From Daejeonella sp. (lineage in GTDB: Bacteria; Bacteroidota; Bacteroidia; Sphingobacteriales; Sphingobacteriaceae), in contig JBBJNR010000004.1 in NCBI GenBank assembly GCA_037719315.1, positions 11,737-75,736 of the forward strand: a stretch of DNA of 64,000 bases. Reading direction: 5' to 3'. Position 1 is the stretch's first letter, and each line of letters begins with the position of its first letter. Of the stretch, positions 10,953 through 19,382 are shown piece after piece. The notes beneath the pieces were generated by a model. That model made no database searches. It had not been told where the DNA came from and was given only the letters and a program-made list of their open reading frames with translations. The position numbers and the translations under genes were made by a program.

Positions 10953-11519
10953 ATGTTAAAAGAGAAAGCCAAGGAAAGGGTCATCCTGGGGATAGACCCC
11001 GGAACAAGCATCATGGGCTATGGGATAGTTAAAGAAGTAAAGAGTAATATAGATCTTATTTGCATGGGTGTTGTCAAGTTGGACCACCTGGACGGTCATC
11101 CCCATAAATTAAAACACATCTTTGAAAAGACGGTCTTGCTTATAGAGCAATATAATCCTGACTGCCTGGCTGTTGAAGCACCCTTTTACGGAAAAAATAT
11201 CCAGGTGATGCTAAAACTGGGCAGGGCTCAGGGTGTGGCTATGGCTGCCGCATTATCAAGGAGCCTGCCCATCTTTGAGTACTCCCCCCGGAAAATAAAG
11301 CAGTCAATCACCGGAAATGGCAATTCATCAAAAGAACAGGTTGGGGCAATGCTCAAAACCTTATTAAAGTTTAGCGAAGCTCCGGAATTTCTCGACGCTA
11401 CAGATGGCCTTGCAGTTGCTGTATGTCATTCTTTTCAAAAACTAAGTGCTTCAGGAGGCAAAAAAAATTATTCGGGGTGGGATGCGTTTGCAAAGGATAA
11501 TGTGAAACGGATTAAGTAA
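10953..11519 (+). CDS. ruvC: Crossover junction endodeoxyribonuclease RuvC
   Basis: ILGIDPG, AVEAPF, EYSPRKIKQSITGNG, DATDGLAVA motifs. Confidence 0.97.
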   Translation: MLKEKAKERVILGIDPGTSIMGYGIVKEVKSNIDLICMGVVKLDHLDGHPHKLKHIFEKTVLLIEQYNPDCLAVEAPFYGKNIQVMLKLGRAQGVAMAAALSRSLPIFEYSPRKIKQSITGNGNSSKEQVGAMLKTLLKFSEAPEFLDATDGLAVAVCHSFQKLSASGGKKNYSGWDAFAKDNVKRIK

Positions 11520-11520
11520 A

Positions 11521-11677
11521 TTCTCACCGCAATTGAGCAGTTTTCTCACCGCAGAATGAGCAGAGGTTTTTCGCCCGCCCGGCTGAGACCGTTCGGACGG
11601 GCAAAGTACACTAAAGGCCGCTGTTCAGACTTGGAGAGCTTTGCGTAAATCTTGGCTTCCTTCGCGGTAAAAAAACC
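11521..11677. repeat. Inverted-repeat element (same family as 3163-3262) with a duplicated left end and a nested 28-bp mini-hairpin
   Basis: ttctcaccgc..gagcag occurs twice (11521, 11543); insert cccgcccggctgagaccgttcggacggg (11574-11601) interrupts tcg|caaag; right arm ctttgcgtaaatcttggcttccttcgcggtaaaa. Confidence 0.65.
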
Positions 11678-11678
11678 T

Positions 11679-12071
11679 TTAGAGCTGCTCCATTATCCTA
11701 TCAGCAATCTCCTCCAGCTTCTCATCAGAAAGTTTAAGCTTGGCCCGGCTAAAGTTCATATCGTCCATGCTGCTCATTGGGATAAGATGAACATGGACAT
11801 GAGGCACTTCGAGCCCGATAACCGTTACCCCTACCCTAAGGCATGGAACAGCCTTTTTTAGTCCTTTGGCAACAATCTGGGCGAACATCATCAAACCTAC
11901 ATAGCTTTCGCTGTCCATATCAAAAATGTAATCGATCTCAGTTTTAGGAATGACCAGCACATGGCCCTCAACAAGAGGATTTACATCCAGGAATGCCAGA
12001 TAGTCGATAGTTTCCGCCACCTTATGTGAAGGTATCTCACCGGAGACAATTTTTGAGAAGATAGATTCCAT
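11679..12071 (-). CDS. HIT family protein
   Basis: SIFSKIVSGEIP, GHVLVIPK, VPHVHVHLIP histidine triad; start moved to MESIF (12071). Confidence 0.95.
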   Translation of the reverse strand: MESIFSKIVSGEIPSHKVAETIDYLAFLDVNPLVEGHVLVIPKTEIDYIFDMDSESYVGLMMFAQIVAKGLKKAVPCLRVGVTVIGLEVPHVHVHLIPMSSMDDMNFSRAKLKLSDEKLEEIADRIMEQL

Positions 12072-12108
12072 AAGGAGTTGTACGTTATAGGTTATAAGTT
12101 GTAAGTCT
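12072..12108. repeat. Heptanucleotide tandem array (GTTRTAN x4), single arm
   Basis: gttgtac gttatag gttataa gttgtaa gtct at 12077-12108, directly upstream of the HIT start codon. Confidence 0.7.
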
Positions 12109-12132
12109 GCTTGCAATTAAAGTTTTTGATAT

Positions 12133-12606
12133 CTATCTGCTTATTTCAACGATTTCAAACTCGATCTTTCCTGCCGGAACAACTATTTCAGCTTTATCTC
12201 CAACAGATTTACCCAGCAATCCCTGTGCTATGGGTGACTTCACAGAAATCTTGCCAGATTTTAGGTCAGCTTCACTTTCTGATACCAGCTGATAGCTCAT
12301 GGTGGCCCCATTGTTCATGTTTTTAATCTTCACAATAGATAAAGCCAGCACTTTCGTTAGATCAAGCTTCGACTCGTCGATTAATCGTGCATTGGCCAGG
12401 ACATTCGTAAGCTTCGAAATTTTAGACTCGTGGTGGCCCTGGGCTTCCTTTGCCGCATCGTATTCTGCATTCTCCGAAAGATCTCCTTTATCCCTCGCCT
12501 CTGCAATTGCTTTTGATATCTGGGAACGTCCTTCGGTCTTTAAATGATGAAGCTCCTCCTTTAATTTATCTAATCCCTCCTGGGTATAATATGTTACATC
12601 ACTCAT
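12133..12606 (-). CDS. greA: Transcription elongation factor GreA
   Basis: EARDKGDLSENAEYDAAKE and ISVKSPIAQGLLGK motifs; start moved to MSDVTY (12606). Confidence 0.97.
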   Translation of the reverse strand: MSDVTYYTQEGLDKLKEELHHLKTEGRSQISKAIAEARDKGDLSENAEYDAAKEAQGHHESKISKLTNVLANARLIDESKLDLTKVLALSIVKIKNMNNGATMSYQLVSESEADLKSGKISVKSPIAQGLLGKSVGDKAEIVVPAGKIEFEIVEISR

Positions 12607-12643
12607 GTCTCTCTCAATTTTATGGTAAACTCTATAAAACAAA

Positions 12644-12677
12644 CAAGACTATGTCGGCTTAAGCCAATATAGTCTTG
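12644..12677 (-). terminator. Intrinsic-terminator-like hairpin in the greA 5-prime region
   Basis: Minus strand: CAAGACTATAT-T-GGC-TTAA-GCC-G-ACATAGTCTTG followed by TTTGTTTT. Confidence 0.7.
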
Positions 12678-12778
12678 CTCATATCAATACGAAGATAATA
12701 TTTTTGATTTTAGATTTCCAAATTTCTGTTGTGAAATAAGATAAATTTTGAATGGAAAAATTGTTGTCGGACTTAAAG

Positions 12779-13711
12779 TCAGGAGATCATTAGTCCTTTC
12801 AACTTTTCAACCAGCACCTCCGAAATCTTTCGATAAGACTCTACTGACCAGCCCGCAACATGAGGGCTTAAAATAACTTTATCGCTTTCGATAAGTTCCT
12901 GGTACCAATCCTGTTCAGCCAAAGCAGGGAATTTTTCCACCTCAAGCACGTCAAGTCCGGCGGCTAGTATCTTTCCACTTCTTAGTCCGTTCAGAACGGA
13001 TTTAGTATTGACGATTTCGCCACGTGAAGCATTTAATAGTATGATCGCCTTTTTGAAGTGAAACAAGTACTCATCATTAAATAACTGCCTGGTTTCGCGC
13101 GTGAGAGGAACATGGAAGCTTAACACATCTGCCTGTTTTACAACCTCTTCCATGCTTACTTCTTTTACATAATGGTCGCTAAAGCCGGTTTTATATTTAT
13201 CATAAGCTAGTACATTTACGTCAAACCCCGATAGCTTTTGAGCCAGGCTGCGCCCATTATTACCATATCCAATAATGGCTATAGTCCTGCCCTTTAGCTC
13301 CCAGCCCCTGTTCCCTTCACGGTCCCATATGCCATTACGGATTTGCTGGTCCCCGTTCCTGAGTCTATTGAGCAAACCCAGCAGCATGCCAATTATATGC
13401 TCTCCTACCGCATCGCGGTTTCCTTCAGGGGCATTCAGGCAGCTTATTCCTTTCGAAACTGCGTACTCTTCATCCACATTATCCATCCCTGCGCCTGCTC
13501 TTGCTATGAACTTTAGATTTGTACCTGCGTCGATGACTTCCCGGTCGATCATAAACTTGGTACGGATGGCGATACCTGTGTAACCGTCAAGTAGTTTCAA
13601 TGTCTCTGCACGGCTGATCAAGGGCATATCATGGCATTCATAGCCAAGTTTTTCTGCTTCTTCTTTAAAGGACGGGTGCAGGTGATCTGCTATAAGAATT
13701 TTTTTAGTCAT
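12779..13711 (-). CDS. D-isomer-specific 2-hydroxyacid dehydrogenase (SerA-like)
   Basis: RAGAGMDNVD, IIGYGNNG, SFHVPLT, NASRGE, SPHVAGWS motifs; start moved to MTKKIL. Confidence 0.9.
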   Translation of the reverse strand: MTKKILIADHLHPSFKEEAEKLGYECHDMPLISRAETLKLLDGYTGIAIRTKFMIDREVIDAGTNLKFIARAGAGMDNVDEEYAVSKGISCLNAPEGNRDAVGEHIIGMLLGLLNRLRNGDQQIRNGIWDREGNRGWELKGRTIAIIGYGNNGRSLAQKLSGFDVNVLAYDKYKTGFSDHYVKEVSMEEVVKQADVLSFHVPLTRETRQLFNDEYLFHFKKAIILLNASRGEIVNTKSVLNGLRSGKILAAGLDVLEVEKFPALAEQDWYQELIESDKVILSPHVAGWSVESYRKISEVLVEKLKGLMIS

Positions 13712-13721
13712 TGATGTATAA

Positions 13722-14501
13722 TTATCTCGATACACTCACCAGGTTCGTAAGCTTAACAAAGTCATTTACACTTAATCTCTCTGCACGTAGGTCCAGCAGA
13801 GGATCGTCGTTCATATCTTCTTTACTGACCAGGGACGACAAAGCATTCCTTAATGTTTTTCGGCGCTGGTTGAAGCCTGCTTTTACCACTTTCCAGAATA
13901 ATTTTTCATCACAGTCCAGCCTTTCGACTTCATTTCGCGTAAGACGAATTACAGCCGATGTCACCTTTGGAGGGGGATTAAACACACCGGGCTTCACGGA
14001 AAATAAATACTCTACCTTGTAAAATGCCTGCAGGAAAACACTCAGAATTCCGTACTCTTTGCTTCCTGGTTTCTCTGCGCACCGCTCTGCTACCTCTTTC
14101 TGAAACATCCCCACAAGCTCCACAACCTGGTCGCGGTTATCCAGCACTTTAAAGAGAATCTGCGATGAAATATTGTATGGGAAGTTTCCAATAATGCCGA
14201 ACTTGCCCGGGAAAACACTGCTGAAGTCCATTTCAAGAAAATCACCGTTGATAAGCCTGTCGCCCAGGTGAGGGTATTTTTTTTTGAGGTAGTTGAATGA
14301 TTCCGTATCAATATCAATAAGATAAGCTTGAGGATCATCTTTACTCAATAAGAAATCAGACAAGATCCCCATACCCGGACCAACCTCCAGCACCTGGTGA
14401 TATTTATCCGTGGATTTTAGGCTGCTAACGATCTTCTCAGCTATATTCTTATCCGTTAAAAAATGCTGTCCGAGATGTTTCTTTGCCTTAACTATACTCA
14501 T
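13722..14501 (-). CDS. rsmA: 16S rRNA m6,2A1518/1519 dimethyltransferase
   Basis: KKHLGQHFL, LEVGPGMG, GNFPYNISS, FNPPPKV, FNQRRKTLRN motifs. Confidence 0.97.
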   Translation of the reverse strand: MSIVKAKKHLGQHFLTDKNIAEKIVSSLKSTDKYHQVLEVGPGMGILSDFLLSKDDPQAYLIDIDTESFNYLKKKYPHLGDRLINGDFLEMDFSSVFPGKFGIIGNFPYNISSQILFKVLDNRDQVVELVGMFQKEVAERCAEKPGSKEYGILSVFLQAFYKVEYLFSVKPGVFNPPPKVTSAVIRLTRNEVERLDCDEKLFWKVVKAGFNQRRKTLRNALSSLVSKEDMNDDPLLDLRAERLSVNDFVKLTNLVSVSR

Positions 14502-14517
14502 TTAGTTTTATTTGAGG

Positions 14518-14525
14518 CAAATTTA
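14518..14525 (-). promoter_or_regulatory. Bacteroidota -7 element for rsmA
   Basis: TAAATTTG on the minus strand, 17 nt upstream of the ATG. Confidence 0.55.
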
Positions 14526-14534
14526 CGGATTTAC

Positions 14535-14783
14535 GTTGTAAGTCTTGAAGGGAGTTGTACGTAGTACGTTGTACGTTGTACGTTCTTTCAAAACGCAAAA
14601 AGGGTTTGTAAGTTATAGGTTGTAAGTCTTCCAACACTAAGAGTGCCGCTTATGGAAAATTTTCAATGTAGAAGCAGGAATCTAGGTGTAAGATTCTCCG
14701 TCCAGACGTATAACGTAAAACGTACTACGTACAACTCCCTTTCTCCGCCCAGACGTATAACGTACAACGTAAAACGTACAACT
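14535..14783. repeat. Complex heptanucleotide (GTTGTAC) array locus with inverted and direct repeats
   Basis: 35-bp inverted repeat 14549-14583 / 14706-14740 (2 mismatches); 43-bp direct repeat 14694-14736 / 14741-14783; extra heptads at 14605-14630. Confidence 0.85.
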
Positions 14784-14860
14784 TAACGATTAAAGTCTTT
14801 ATTTTGCAAGATATTCAGAATTTGTCATCTGATATAAAAGAGAATTACAGGTACAACGGC

Positions 14861-15916
14861 ATGAGCGATAAAATTAAGATAGGTATATCCATAGGCGATG
14901 TTAACGGCATCGGATTAGAAGTGATTATAAAAACCCTGATGGATAACCGTGTATTGGAATATTGCACACCTATCGTATACGGACACACCAAAGTTGAATC
15001 CTTCCATCGCAAGACGATGGACCTTAACGAATTTAATTTTAATGTGATCAGTGCAGCAGCTGAGGCAAACGACAAGCGTGCAAATCTGATCAATTGCTGG
15101 GAAGAGGACGTCCGCATTGAACTGGGTGTGAGCACCGAGACCGGGGGAAAGTATGCATTTATTTCTTTGGAAAAAGCGCTGGATGATCTGATAGCAGGCA
15201 ACACAGACGCACTGGTTACGGCTCCGATCAACAAGCACAATATTCAAAGTGAAAATTTTCAATTTGCCGGGCACACGGAATACATCCAGGCGAAAACAGG
15301 TTCGGCCGATTCACTGATGTTCCTGGTAAGCGAGGATATAAAAGTTGGTATAGTCACCGGACATATCCCCGTGAAGGAAATACCTGAAAAGATCAGTATT
15401 GAGAAGATCCTTTCCAAGCTGGGCCTGATGAATGAAAGCCTGAAAAAAGATTTCTGGATACAGAAGCCAAAAATTGCGGTTTTAGGTCTGAATCCCCATG
15501 CAGGAGATAATGGACTAATTGGTAATGAAGAAATGGAAATAATAATCCCTGCAATATCAGAAGCTAACGCAAAGGGGATATTTGCGTTCGGGCCCTATGC
15601 TGCAGATGGCTTTTTTGCCGCCCAAACCTACGCCAAGTTTGATGCCGTTCTGGCCATGTATCATGACCAGGGACTGATCCCATTCAAACAAATGGCCTTT
15701 CATAACGGGGTAAATTTTACGGCGGGGCTGCCGGTAGTACGAACATCACCTGATCATGGAACAGGATATGATATTGCCGGCAAAAATATAGCATCCGAAA
15801 GTTCATTTCGTGAGGCTTTATTTACAGCGATTAATATTGTAGAGCGCCGCAGGGAGAGCCGGCAGCTAGCGTCCAATCCCTTAAAACTGAGTAAGTTCTC
15901 AAAGGACAGGGATTAA
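14861..15916 (+). CDS. pdxA: 4-hydroxythreonine-4-phosphate dehydrogenase
   Basis: GDVNGIGLE, TAPINK, GHTEY, GLNPHAGD, AMYHDQGLIPFK, RTSPDHGT motifs; start moved to MSDKIK. Confidence 0.96.
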   Translation: MSDKIKIGISIGDVNGIGLEVIIKTLMDNRVLEYCTPIVYGHTKVESFHRKTMDLNEFNFNVISAAAEANDKRANLINCWEEDVRIELGVSTETGGKYAFISLEKALDDLIAGNTDALVTAPINKHNIQSENFQFAGHTEYIQAKTGSADSLMFLVSEDIKVGIVTGHIPVKEIPEKISIEKILSKLGLMNESLKKDFWIQKPKIAVLGLNPHAGDNGLIGNEEMEIIIPAISEANAKGIFAFGPYAADGFFAAQTYAKFDAVLAMYHDQGLIPFKQMAFHNGVNFTAGLPVVRTSPDHGTGYDIAGKNIASESSFREALFTAINIVERRRESRQLASNPLKLSKFSKDRD

Positions 15917-15973
15917 GCGTGAGATGCTACTTCCTGATTTTCAAAAAACTGTTCCCAACTAAATAAATTTTCG

Positions 15974-15981
15974 TAAATTTG
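15974..15981 (+). promoter_or_regulatory. Bacteroidota -7 element for the DUF177-rpmF-plsX-fabH operon
   Basis: TAAATTTG, 20 nt upstream of the TTG start. Confidence 0.6.
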
Positions 15982-16000
15982 CAGGCTCAATTGGCGTGCT

Positions 16001-16534
16001 TTGAAATCGTTACAACAATACAGCATTCCATATACCGGATTAAACCTTGGGATTCACCAGTTTGAATTTGAGGTGGGCGATGCGTTCTTCACTGAATTTG
16101 AGTACTCTCTGGTTAAGAGCGCTGCGCTGAAAGTGAAGCTTGATCTTGAAAAACAGGAGACGATGATGATCCTGAATTTTCATATCTCCGGTGAGATGAA
16201 GCTGGGATGTGACGTTTGCCTGGCGGATTATCCGTATGATGTAGAAATAAACGAACGTCAGATCGCAAAGTTCACAGGCAGTACGGATCTGGAGGAAGAT
16301 ACCGAAGAGATCATTGTACTGGCTAAAAATGAAAATGAGATCAATGTAGCTTCGCTGATCTATGAATATATTAACCTGGCGGTTCCATACATTAACCGCT
16401 GCGGTGATGAAGGGAACACTGAATGGTGCGATCAGGAAATGATCGAAAAATTGAAGCAGCTTTCGGGCGACGCTAGAGCGGAGGACGAAAATGCAGACCC
16501 CCGCTGGGAGGCATTAAAAAATATTAAAAAGTAA
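16001..16534 (+). CDS. DUF177/YceD family protein
   Basis: CDVC motif, DPRWEALKNIK C-terminus, canonical position before rpmF. Confidence 0.9.
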   Translation: MKSLQQYSIPYTGLNLGIHQFEFEVGDAFFTEFEYSLVKSAALKVKLDLEKQETMMILNFHISGEMKLGCDVCLADYPYDVEINERQIAKFTGSTDLEEDTEEIIVLAKNENEINVASLIYEYINLAVPYINRCGDEGNTEWCDQEMIEKLKQLSGDARAEDENADPRWEALKNIKK

Positions 16535-16551
16535 ATTAATACATACAAAAA

Positions 16552-16743
16552 ATGGCACATCCAAAACGGAAAATATCCAAGTCAAGAAGAGATAAGAGAA
16601 GGACCCACTACAAAGCAGAGGCTCCGGGTTTAACTACCTGCCAGACTACCGGCGCTGTACATTTACCTCACCGTGCCTATACAGTTGATGGCAACTTATA
16701 TTATAACGGTAAAATGGTTATCGAGAATACTTCTGTAGCATAA
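16552..16743 (+). CDS. rpmF: 50S ribosomal protein L32
   Basis: [19 protein letters not shown]. Confidence 0.97.
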   Translation: MAHPKRKISKSRRDKRRTHYKAEAPGLTTCQTTGAVHLPHRAYTVDGNLYYNGKMVIENTSVA

Positions 16744-16755
16744 CATCTTTCAGAA

Positions 16756-17691
16756 ATGAGGATTGGCTTAGATATAATGGGCGGAGATTTTGCTCCCAAA
16801 GCAGCAGTTTTGGGAGCAATAGCAGCTCAAAAAGCCTTATTGCCCGATCAGAAGATCGTTCTTTTTGGAGATAAACATCAGGCCCTGCCCTTTCTTGCAG
16901 AACATGGGCTTAGCCCGGATACTTTTGAATTTGTTCACACTACCGAGATGATCGGAATGGGTGAACACGCTACAAAATCTGTTCTCCAAAAGCCCAACTC
17001 CAGTATTAGCCTTGGCTTTCAGCATCTTAAAGATGGCAGGATAGACTCTTTCTCCTCTGCGGGAAATACAGGCGCTATGCTTGTGGGAGCGGTATTCAGC
17101 GTAAAACCGGTACCCGGTGTGATCCGTCCGGCAGTTGCGACAAATATTCCCAAACTTAAATCCGGATTTGGGATCATGCTTGACGTAGGTGCCAATGCAG
17201 ATTGCAAACCGGAAGTTCTGGCTCAATTTGGAATTTTAGGCAGTTTATACGCAGAACATGTTTATCACATGCAAAATCCTAAAGTTGCACTGATGAACAT
17301 TGGGGAGGAAGAAGAAAAAGGAAACGTGCTTACACAGGCAACTTTCCCGCTTCTCCAAAAAACTAATCTCAATTTTATTGGAAACATTGAGGGGCGCGAT
17401 CTGTTCAATGACAAGGCGGATGTAATTGTTTGCGATGGGTTTACAGGAAATGTCATGCTTAAACTGGCGGAAACATTTTATATTCTTACACTGAAAAAAG
17501 GCTTCAAGGATGAATTCTTTGACAGGTTCAATTATGAACAATATGGCGGAAGTCCTATTCTGGGCGTAAACGCCCCTGTTTTGATCGGCCATGGCATATC
17601 AACGCCTGAAGCGATAAAAAACATGATAATTCTGTCCCGAACGATGATTGAAACCCAGTTTGTCGATAAAATCAAAGAAGCTTTTAAATAA
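16756..17691 (+). CDS. plsX: Phosphate acyltransferase PlsX
   Basis: IGLDIMGGDFAP, SAGNTGAM, LDVGANAD, CDGFTGNV, IGHG motifs. Confidence 0.97.
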   Translation: MRIGLDIMGGDFAPKAAVLGAIAAQKALLPDQKIVLFGDKHQALPFLAEHGLSPDTFEFVHTTEMIGMGEHATKSVLQKPNSSISLGFQHLKDGRIDSFSSAGNTGAMLVGAVFSVKPVPGVIRPAVATNIPKLKSGFGIMLDVGANADCKPEVLAQFGILGSLYAEHVYHMQNPKVALMNIGEEEEKGNVLTQATFPLLQKTNLNFIGNIEGRDLFNDKADVIVCDGFTGNVMLKLAETFYILTLKKGFKDEFFDRFNYEQYGGSPILGVNAPVLIGHGISTPEAIKNMIILSRTMIETQFVDKIKEAFK

Positions 17692-17706
17692 TTACTCTTG
17701 AATATT

Positions 17707-18693
17707 ATGTCAAAGGTCCATGCTGCAATAACAGCCGTTGATGGCTACGTGCCAGATTATATCCTAACAAATAAGGAACTGGAAGGCATGGTCGAAACCA
17801 ACGATGAGTGGATAACCACGCGTACGGGGATCAAAGAGCGCCGGATACTGAAGGGCAACCTCGGCACCTCCGACATGGCAGTAATAGCGGTGAACGGCTT
17901 ACTTAAGAAACGCGGGATCAGCGCTTCAGAGATCGACCTCATCATTTTCTGTACGACAACCCCGGACATGGTTTTTCCGGCAACAGCCAATGTCCTGGCT
18001 AATAAGATCGGCGCTACAAATGCCTGGGGATATGACCTGAACGCTGCGTGTTCGGGTTTTTTATTTGGCCTGGCTACCGGGTCCCAGTTCATTGAAGCAG
18101 GAAAACATCAGAAAGTTATCGTGGTTGGAGGTGATAAAATGTCGTCTATCATCAATTATAAAGACCGCACAAGCTGTATCATTTTCGGGGACGGTTGCGG
18201 CGCAGTGCTTCTTGAACCAAATACGGAAGGTTACGGCGTGATCGATTCTATACTAAAAAGTGATGGGTCCGGTGCGCCTTATCTTCATCAAAAGGCCGGG
18301 GGCTCGTTAAGGCCCGCCAGTCACGACACGGTGGATAATGATGAGCATTTTCTTTACCAGGAGGGGCAGGCAGTGTTCAAATTTGCGGTCACCAATATGG
18401 CCGACGTAGCTGCCGATATCATGGACAGAAATGACCTGAGTGCCGACGATGTGGCATGGTTGGTTCCTCATCAGGCAAACAAGCGCATCATTGATGCCAC
18501 CAGCAACCGTACCGGTATAGACCCGGCAAAGGTTATGATCAATATTGAGCGTTATGGAAATACCACGAACGGCACCATCCCATTATGTTTGTGGGAATGG
18601 GAAAGTAAACTCAAAAAAGGCGATAATGTTATCCTTGCCGCATTTGGAGGAGGGTTTACCTGGGGTTCCATCTATTTGAAATGGGCGTATTAA
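17707..18693 (+). CDS. fabH: 3-oxoacyl-ACP synthase III
   Basis: WITTRTGIKERR, AACSGF, FGDG, VPHQAN, YGNT, AFGGGFTWG motifs. Confidence 0.97.
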   Translation: MSKVHAAITAVDGYVPDYILTNKELEGMVETNDEWITTRTGIKERRILKGNLGTSDMAVIAVNGLLKKRGISASEIDLIIFCTTTPDMVFPATANVLANKIGATNAWGYDLNAACSGFLFGLATGSQFIEAGKHQKVIVVGGDKMSSIINYKDRTSCIIFGDGCGAVLLEPNTEGYGVIDSILKSDGSGAPYLHQKAGGSLRPASHDTVDNDEHFLYQEGQAVFKFAVTNMADVAADIMDRNDLSADDVAWLVPHQANKRIIDATSNRTGIDPAKVMINIERYGNTTNGTIPLCLWEWESKLKKGDNVILAAFGGGFTWGSIYLKWAY

Positions 18694-18695
18694 TT

Positions 18696-18765
18696 AGTTG
18701 AAAGTGGAGAGTTGAAAGTTGAAAGCGATACTGTACTTTTAACATTCAAAATTCCAAACTTAACT
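18696..18765. repeat. Heptanucleotide (AGTTGAA) array with degenerate reverse-complement arm
   Basis: agttgaa agtggag agttgaa agttgaa (18696-18723), then tttaaca ttcaaaa ttccaaa cttaact (about 18738-18765). Confidence 0.7.
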
Positions 18766-18812
18766 TAAAATTTATTATAAATTTAGACTAACCGAAAACT
18801 AAACTATAAAAA

Positions 18813-19292
18813 ATGGATATTAAACAAATTCAGGAACTCATCAAGTTTGTTTCCAGATCTGGGGTAAATGAAGTATCAATTGAGCAGAAAGAGTTTAAAA
18901 TTACCATAAAAACGAATCAGCCTCCTACGTACGTAATGGCGCCTCCCGCAGCGGTTCCGCAGCAGGCTATTGCCCTTACTAGTGCTCCGGCAGCAGCAGG
19001 TTCCGCGCCAGGCGCAGAAGCCATTACCCCGCCGAAAGAAGAAAGCTCGAATTACATAACGGTAAAATCCCCCATGATCGGAACGTTTTACCGTTCTTCA
19101 AGTCCCGATAAGCCTTTACTTGCTAATGTTGGCGATGAGATCAAAGCCGGCCAGGTATTGTGTATTATCGAAGCTATGAAGCTTTTCAACGAGATCGAAT
19201 CGGAAGTAAGCGGTCGTATCGTTAAAATTCTGGCGGACAATGCAAGCCCGGTTGAATATGATCAGCCATTATTCCTGGTTGAACCAATTTAA
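18813..19292 (+). CDS. accB: Acetyl-CoA carboxylase biotin carboxyl carrier protein
   Basis: KSPMIGTFYR and IIEAMKLFNEIE biotinylation motif. Confidence 0.97.
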   Translation: MDIKQIQELIKFVSRSGVNEVSIEQKEFKITIKTNQPPTYVMAPPAAVPQQAIALTSAPAAAGSAPGAEAITPPKEESSNYITVKSPMIGTFYRSSSPDKPLLANVGDEIKAGQVLCIIEAMKLFNEIESEVSGRIVKILADNASPVEYDQPLFLVEPI

Positions 19293-19373
19293 TTTGAAGA
19301 TCTATAATTTGAAGATTAATGCATAATTGCAGAGTCTCCATTTTCAAATTGCCAAAATTTCAAATTTTCAAAT
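19291..19373. repeat. Octanucleotide (ATTTGAAA / TTTCAAAT) array with inverted arms
   Basis: aatttgaag at 19291 and 19306; tttcaaat tgccaaaa tttcaaat tttcaaat at 19342-19373. Confidence 0.65.
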
Positions 19374-19382
19374 TAAAAAACT

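Noticed and set aside
14535-14783. Possible mini-CRISPR array (two 43-bp direct repeats)
   Set aside because: The repeats are separated by 4 nt, are internally heptameric, have no unique spacers, and there are no cas genes
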